Positions 6,526-10,878 of a stretch of DNA of 10,878 nucleotides are shown in pieces (the stretch's first letter is position 1; each line of letters opens with the position of its first letter). This DNA is from a virus. Taxonomy: Duplodnaviria > Heunggongvirae > Uroviricota > Caudoviricetes. The notes under the pieces are model-generated. The model did not search any database, had not been told where the DNA came from, and saw only the letters and a program-made list of their open reading frames with translations. Location: the IMG/VR virus record IMGVR_UViG_2908567220_000005; one strand, 5' to 3'. Both the position numbers and the translations under genes were made by a program.

Positions 6526-6833
6526 GGACGCCAATCCCGGCACCTGATTTTGCAGGTGCGCTATAACCATAAACCGGGTTGGCGATAGTCGGCAAGCCCT
6601 TTTTTATGGACTCGCAAAACTCACCTTCGCGCGTGCGCGTACTGGTCGCAAAACTCGAAAAAAACTTAGGATTTATTAGGATTCGCAGCCCAATTCTCAG
6701 CCCAGAAAACGCCTCTAAAATGTCGTCATTTGTCGCAACGGCGCGGCGATGAATGTCAGGTTTTGACAGGTTGTAAGGGTTAACATTTGTTAACAGGCTA
6801 GCCAGATTAAAGGCTTCTTTCTGGGCGGCAGGT

Positions 6834-7016
6834 TCATTCAGTATCACGGCGCACCTCCACGAACTCCTTAACGAATCTCTCCAAAGGCTGAACACATGGC
6901 GACTGATAGCCCTCGCGGTAAAAGGTCACTCGGTTATGCTCGACGCGCTGTACGGTCACTACAGCCCCGTGCGAATCCTTGTAACGGCTTCCCGGCATCG
7001 GATTATGGTTACGCAT
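6834..7016 (-). CDS. DUF4222-like small protein (60 aa)
   Basis: ATG at 7014..7016. Sequence MRNHNPMPGSRYKDSHGAVVTVQRVEHNRVTFYREGYQSPCVQPLERFVKEFVEV follows the pattern I recall for DUF4222 prophage proteins (YRD..G..VTV..V...RV.F.R.GY). Overlaps the 3' end of the antirepressor gene by 8 nt. Confidence 0.6.
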   Translation of the reverse strand: MRNHNPMPGSRYKDSHGAVVTVQRVEHNRVTFYREGYQSPCVQPLERFVKEFVEVRRDTE

Positions 7017-7842
7017 GGTTTACCTCCAGACGTTTAGCGAGCCAGCGTTGCGACAGGCGGGTGAGTTCTCCTTTGCGCTGCTCATATTCCATGCCCATAT
7101 CAATTAACGTGATATTGGTGCTTTCGAGATATGAGAGGTGCTCAAGCTGTTCTGCGTTCATATGGTCGCGAGGTTCGCCAGAATAGCCATTTATCCGCGC
7201 CCACTGCTTAGCAGTTAGCCCACCAAGAACGATACGAGAAATCATATTGCTCTCGTTTGTGTAGTGGTGTTGCTGCGTCGTTTTACCCATCTCGGCACGG
7301 GCCATATTCAGCGCATCGCACATCGGCTTAAAGTTGTTTGCGGCACTGATACGGGCTTTTAGCTGGCGACGATAGCGGGCGGCGATTTCAGGCACGCTAC
7401 GCTGTAATTCTTCCTCGCACTGGATGAAATAACGGCGGATAGCGCGGCCCTGTTCGGTGCGTTCGATCATTGCCAGTTCTTTCGCCATTCCGACACTTAA
7501 CAGATAGTCTTTGCCGGGTCTGCCAGAGTGCTTAATCTTGCTGTAAGCCGCGCCATTCGGGCTTTTCCCCAAATTTGGGGAAATAGTTTTATGGACTGAG
7601 TAATCGTGCCCAATGGTGAAGTCATATTCAGAGATGCGATCAGTGATCCATGTAGAGAAGTCTTTTCCCACGCCCAACGCTTTGTGTAACGCTTTTGCGC
7701 TAACAATATTGGTTTCACGCCCACCGATATGACCAGGAATAACCGGGACAATTGCGGCAAATTCATTACCGTTAATTGTGCCCTGATAGGCGTTCAGATG
7801 AGGGGCGGCCTCAGAAATTAATCTGCTTTTTTCGATGTTCAT
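7009..7842 (-). CDS. Phage antirepressor, AntA/AntB-domain protein (277 aa)
   Basis: ATG at 7840..7842 with SD GGAGA. N-terminal region (SAKALHKALGVGKDFSTWITDRISEYDFTIGHDY) matches the AntA antirepressor domain signature as I remember it. Confidence 0.75.
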   Translation of the reverse strand: MNIEKSRLISEAAPHLNAYQGTINGNEFAAIVPVIPGHIGGRETNIVSAKALHKALGVGKDFSTWITDRISEYDFTIGHDYSVHKTISPNLGKSPNGAAYSKIKHSGRPGKDYLLSVGMAKELAMIERTEQGRAIRRYFIQCEEELQRSVPEIAARYRRQLKARISAANNFKPMCDALNMARAEMGKTTQQHHYTNESNMISRIVLGGLTAKQWARINGYSGEPRDHMNAEQLEHLSYLESTNITLIDMGMEYEQRKGELTRLSQRWLAKRLEVNHA

Positions 7843-7854
7843 TTTCAGTCTCCG

Positions 7855-8286
7855 TTAGGCGGCGGTGAGATTGTCCGGGTATAGATTGAGAATGTCGGCA
7901 ATTTCAGGCTGAGAAAGTCCCTGATAGCCGCCAGCGTCGGCGTTATGGTTCACAAGCCGAATAACTTTTAGAACGTCACCGCGCCCGGTAAAGCGATAGC
8001 GTAAATGTGACCCTATCCCGTCGGGGTTCTTTTCGTCTATACGCTCAAGCTGAATATCAAGCCTGCGCTCTAACTCGCTGGCGTAGTTCCTTCCAGACGA
8101 AAGGCGGCAATAACGCAGAATATCGTTTTCTGTCCATCCCTCTATACCAGTACGCAGCATATAGACGCGGGCGCGGTGTTTCTTTGGGGTACGCTTAGGT
8201 ACTTGTACAGGGCTGGTGGGCGGGGTAATATCAGTACCGCGAATATCTGAATTAGCCGCCTGTAATGGGCGGTTTTTCTTTTCCAT
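7855..8286 (-). CDS. Hypothetical protein (143 aa), translationally coupled to alpA
   Basis: ATG at 8284..8286 overlaps the alpA stop (TAATG). Pro/Thr-rich basic N-terminus followed by a predicted helical domain. No confident family assignment. Confidence 0.55.
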   Translation of the reverse strand: MEKKNRPLQAANSDIRGTDITPPTSPVQVPKRTPKKHRARVYMLRTGIEGWTENDILRYCRLSSGRNYASELERRLDIQLERIDEKNPDGIGSHLRYRFTGRGDVLKVIRLVNHNADAGGYQGLSQPEIADILNLYPDNLTAA

Positions 8287-8489
8287 TACGCCACCTTTCC
8301 CCGGCGCTCCGCCAGCCAGTTGTGAATATCAGCCGCATCAAACGCAGTTATTTTTTCTCCCAGCTTTACCGGACGTGGTAGTGAACCGTTTCTTACTTTA
8401 CGGTCGATGGTGGATACACTAACGCCCAGCAATTCAGCCAGGCGAAAGCGTCTGATATAGCCTTTTGTAGGGATAGTGTCGATGTTCAT
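8286..8489 (-). CDS. alpA: AlpA/Vis-family phage transcriptional regulator / excisionase-like HTH protein (67 aa)
   Basis: ATG at 8487..8489. Sequence RFRLAELLGVSVSTIDRKVRNGSLPRPVKLGEKITAFDAADIHNWL is the AlpA-type HTH signature. Its position downstream of a P4-type integrase matches the int-alpA arrangement of CP4-57/P4-like elements. Confidence 0.8.
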   Translation of the reverse strand: MNIDTIPTKGYIRRFRLAELLGVSVSTIDRKVRNGSLPRPVKLGEKITAFDAADIHNWLAERRGKVA

Positions 8490-8552
8490 GATTCCCGTAA
8501 CCTCTTAGCGATAGTTGTTGCTTCGTTACGAGAAATCTAGCTGTATAGATAT

Positions 8553-8586
8553 ACAATGAAAAGGTACTGTAATTTTGCAGTACCTC
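8553..8586 (-). terminator. Candidate intrinsic terminator downstream of the 316-aa ORF
   Basis: Perfect 8-bp inverted repeat AGGTACTG (8562..8569) / CAGTACCT (8578..8585) with an 8-nt loop. On the minus strand it is followed by UUUCAUUGUAUAU. It sits between the stop of the 316-aa gene (8596) and the alpA start. Confidence 0.35.
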
Positions 8587-8595
8587 TATAGCAAG

Positions 8596-9546
8596 TTAAC
8601 TATCCACTTTGCCATTTGCCGCAGATCGTAGATGTTTAAGAATTACATCTTCATTAGTTATCATAAGTGGTGGAACTTCGTCTAAATGACGAACAAGACA
8701 GTCACGCCACTTCTCAGGGCTTATTTCTTTCCTTTCTCCCCTGCATTCATTTGGATACTTACTAAGTATATAAATTGCAGATTTTAATAGTTTCTCCCTA
8801 TTGACTGCGTACCGTTCGGCACGTTTATTAACTTTTAGCGTATTTATATCATTGGATAACTTGTTTGCGGATGGTTTGTGCATGGGGCTGTCATAAATAT
8901 ATTTTCCTCCATTTATAAGAAGATTGTATTCATAGTCAGTTATATACATTTTATTTCGGCTTATTTCATACCAGCCGTCAATATAAAAAGCTCCGATTTC
9001 ATAATTATTCGATTTGCTAAACTCGTCACATCTCGGAGGCATCAGTTCGCATACAGAGATCTCCCAATCATCCCATTCTGATAGCTCCCGCTCATCGTTA
9101 TCTATGAACGCAGACGGAATTGCTAATAGACCGTTCCATCTTTCGATATCTCTTTCATCCTTCCCAACATTGTATCGCTCTATAACTGAGAAATGTTCTG
9201 ATTTGTATGAAAACCTCATAAAATACATATGGTTATCGCTATTTTTATAATCAAGCGGTGATAAGCCATATGATTCGAGATTATCTGCCTCATTGCTCAG
9301 ATCAAGAAGATAATTCTCATGTACTGCTTTTGTATCTATATGAAAAATACTATCTGTTTCAACTTTAAGTAATTCTGGATCGGCATCTTCATTTTTGGGG
9401 TAATGGTAAAACAATTCAATAGGTGGAATTTTTATACATATTTCTAAAACCCCAATTGCTGCATAGTGTATTAAATCGGATACTTCACATCCGGCCAGTT
9501 TGGCTGCTTTATCCAAAGAATAATATTTATGCGCAGGTAATTTCAT
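8596..9546 (-). CDS. Hypothetical AT-rich cargo protein (316 aa) between integrase and alpA; possible N-terminal HTH-like region
   Basis: ATG at 9544..9546 with SD GAGAGGAAAG, only 18 bp after the integrase stop. Clearly lower GC than flanking genes (by eye roughly one-third GC versus about one-half). N-terminus YYSLDKAAKLAGCEVSDLIHYAAIGVLE looks HTH-like; the remainder is acidic and aromatic-rich with no motif I recognise. Confidence 0.65.
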   Translation of the reverse strand: MKLPAHKYYSLDKAAKLAGCEVSDLIHYAAIGVLEICIKIPPIELFYHYPKNEDADPELLKVETDSIFHIDTKAVHENYLLDLSNEADNLESYGLSPLDYKNSDNHMYFMRFSYKSEHFSVIERYNVGKDERDIERWNGLLAIPSAFIDNDERELSEWDDWEISVCELMPPRCDEFSKSNNYEIGAFYIDGWYEISRNKMYITDYEYNLLINGGKYIYDSPMHKPSANKLSNDINTLKVNKRAERYAVNREKLLKSAIYILSKYPNECRGERKEISPEKWRDCLVRHLDEVPPLMITNEDVILKHLRSAANGKVDS

Positions 9547-9564
9547 TATGAATCTTTCCTCTCA

Positions 9565-10818
9565 TCATGCTCTGATTGGCGTTACGTTGTAGTCTTTTCC
9601 GCTTTCCAGTGCCACCAGCAAATCACACCACTGCGCCAGCGCCGCTTTACGCTCATCAAAATACTGGTGACGGTTATAGATACCCTCCACACCTTTAATT
9701 TTGTGATTAAGGCATCTTTCTGCGACTACCGGATCAACGCCCAGCGCTGCTAAATGAGTACGTGCGGTGCGTCGGAAGTCGTGAATCGTGAAATTAGGCA
9801 CATCCGGCATTTCGGCGCGAACCTTAGCCAGTGCTACGGGCAGGGTGCTTTCCTGAATATGGGGGATCATGCGGTTTTGCATCTTTCTGGCTGGCAGTAC
9901 CCATGCGCTGTTGCATGAGAACGTTTTAAGCTCTCTCAGCCATTCGACGGCTGGCGGTGCTAATGGGATGTCTATAGCGTCGCCGTTTTTGCTGCGTTCC
10001 TCTGGCAAGCGCCATACGGCTTTATCAAAATCGAACTCCTCCCAGCGGGCGGCGCATAACTCCATTTTGCGGACGCATAACGCTAACAGTAATTTGAACG
10101 TGATTTCGTTCTGGCGACTGAATCCCTTAGCCGTGCGCATGGCTTTGAATAGCTGGATTAACTCATCGCGGGTTAACCAGCGGTCACGGGCAACTTCTTT
10201 CCCTCCGGCGTCTGCCACCTCAAAGGCTGAACAGGGGTTAATCTCTAGCGCGTGCCGTTTGATTCCGTAGTCGAATATGCGGCGCGTCCATCTCAGCACG
10301 TCCGTTGCTATGGTCGGCGCTCCACGGTCAACAATACCTTTCAGCATGTCATCGATATGGCGCGGTTTCACGTCCTCTACCTTCATGCTGCCAATGCAGG
10401 GGTTTATATCTTTGTCGATACGGCGGCGGAGTATATCGGGGTGCTTCCAGCGCGGGAGGATCTGACGCTCAAAGTATTCAGCGGCAAGCTCTGAAACGCG
10501 CATAGCGTTCTTCTCTGCTTCCATCTTCGCTAGTGCTTCGGTTTTGCGCTTCTGCTTCTCTCCTGCAACGTCATAGCCCAGCGCAACGCGAGCCGATAGC
10601 TCTTTGGCTGTCTCTCTGGCCTTTGATAGTGATAGCTCGCTATACGAACCAATTAGCATGGCGCGGGACTTCCCTGCGAGTTTATAGCGGAATCTCCATG
10701 TGGGGGTTTTGTCGGCTTCACGGTAACGTAGGTATAAACCGTTACCGTCTGCCCGCCCCTCGAATCGCTCTCCGCTCTTAATCCATGCGCGGATCTGCAT
10801 GTCTGTTAGTTTTGGCAT
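9565..10818 (-). CDS. int: P4-family tyrosine integrase (site-specific recombinase)
   Basis: Preferred start is the ATG at 10816..10818 (MPKLTDMQIRAW...), giving the typical P4-type N-terminal arm-binding region (GNGLYLRYR ... WRFRYK). The track ORF extends in frame to an ATG at the window edge (10876..10878). C-terminal catalytic domain has HDFRRT (HxxR) and a conserved Tyr near the C-terminus (GIYNRHQY). TGA stop at 9565..9567. Confidence 0.9.
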   Translation of the reverse strand: MPKLTDMQIRAWIKSGERFEGRADGNGLYLRYREADKTPTWRFRYKLAGKSRAMLIGSYSELSLSKARETAKELSARVALGYDVAGEKQKRKTEALAKMEAEKNAMRVSELAAEYFERQILPRWKHPDILRRRIDKDINPCIGSMKVEDVKPRHIDDMLKGIVDRGAPTIATDVLRWTRRIFDYGIKRHALEINPCSAFEVADAGGKEVARDRWLTRDELIQLFKAMRTAKGFSRQNEITFKLLLALCVRKMELCAARWEEFDFDKAVWRLPEERSKNGDAIDIPLAPPAVEWLRELKTFSCNSAWVLPARKMQNRMIPHIQESTLPVALAKVRAEMPDVPNFTIHDFRRTARTHLAALGVDPVVAERCLNHKIKGVEGIYNRHQYFDERKAALAQWCDLLVALESGKDYNVTPIRA

Positions 10819-10848
10819 TTTGCGAATATCCAAACTTTGAATAGGGGG

Positions 10849-10872
10849 TGTACCCAAAGCAATGTACCCAAA
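10849..10872. repeat. Direct 10-bp repeat TGTACCCAAA x2 upstream of the integrase start; candidate arm-type or regulatory sites
   Basis: TGTACCCAAA at 10849..10858 and 10863..10872, separated by 4 bp, in the integrase 5' region at the window edge. Confidence 0.25.
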
Positions 10873-10878
10873 CCTCAT

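Noticed and set aside
6576-6606. Plus-strand intrinsic terminator (weak stem then TTTTTT at 6601..6606)
   Set aside because: The stem is only about 5 bp including a wobble pair, and no plus-strand gene or promoter justifies it. The minus-strand hairpin plus U7 at 6481..6505 is much better formed.
6314-6895. N-terminal roughly 190 codons of the 257-aa minus-strand track ORF
   Set aside because: It spans the hairpin- and repeat-rich leader and has no credible start or SD. The only supported start gives the 63-aa Icd-like protein at 6122..6313.
7497-7766. 89-aa minus-strand ORF nested in the antirepressor gene in another frame
   Set aside because: Fully embedded in a gene with a clear domain signature and has no SD of its own.
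9869-10505. Plus-strand ORFs inside the integrase gene (133, 80, 62 and 66 aa)
   Set aside because: Antisense shadows of the integrase coding sequence.
10819-10878. Integrase N-terminal extension to the ATG at the window edge (MRFGYIALGTPPIQSLDIRK...)
   Set aside because: P4-type integrases normally begin close to the arm-binding motif, and the extension covers the TGTACCCAAA direct repeats. It cannot be excluded without a search or upstream sequence.
1-10878. tRNA, tmRNA, rRNA or transposase/IS element within the window
   Set aside because: No cloverleaf-like or conserved RNA gene signature was recognised and there is no transposase-like ORF or terminal inverted repeat pair. The integration target is presumably outside the window.

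Overview
The window looks like the integrase-proximal part of a P4-type phage satellite or CP4-57-like integrative element, with every credible gene on the minus strand (transcription runs from high to low coordinates). In that order: a P4-family tyrosine integrase (9565..10818), an AT-rich 316-aa cargo ORF, an AlpA/Vis-type regulator, a 143-aa hypothetical, an AntA-type antirepressor, a DUF4222-like small protein, a ~500-bp structured leader carrying complementary 8-mers and an intrinsic terminator (resembling P4 CI / P1 C4 RNA immunity), an Icd-like small protein, three unknown ORFs, an 813-aa alpha-type primase-helicase, and an iteron-rich putative origin. Beyond the origin lie the most unusual cargo: a translationally coupled pair of a small RHH-like protein and a stand-alone FtsH-like HEAGH zinc-metalloprotease domain with no AAA+ module, then a PerC-like regulator, a 400-bp palindrome-dense non-coding region and a small basic protein. 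No tRNA, rRNA, CRISPR array or transposase was found. All functional calls rest on remembered motifs and gene order, not on database searches, and the element boundary (att) appears to lie just beyond the right edge.
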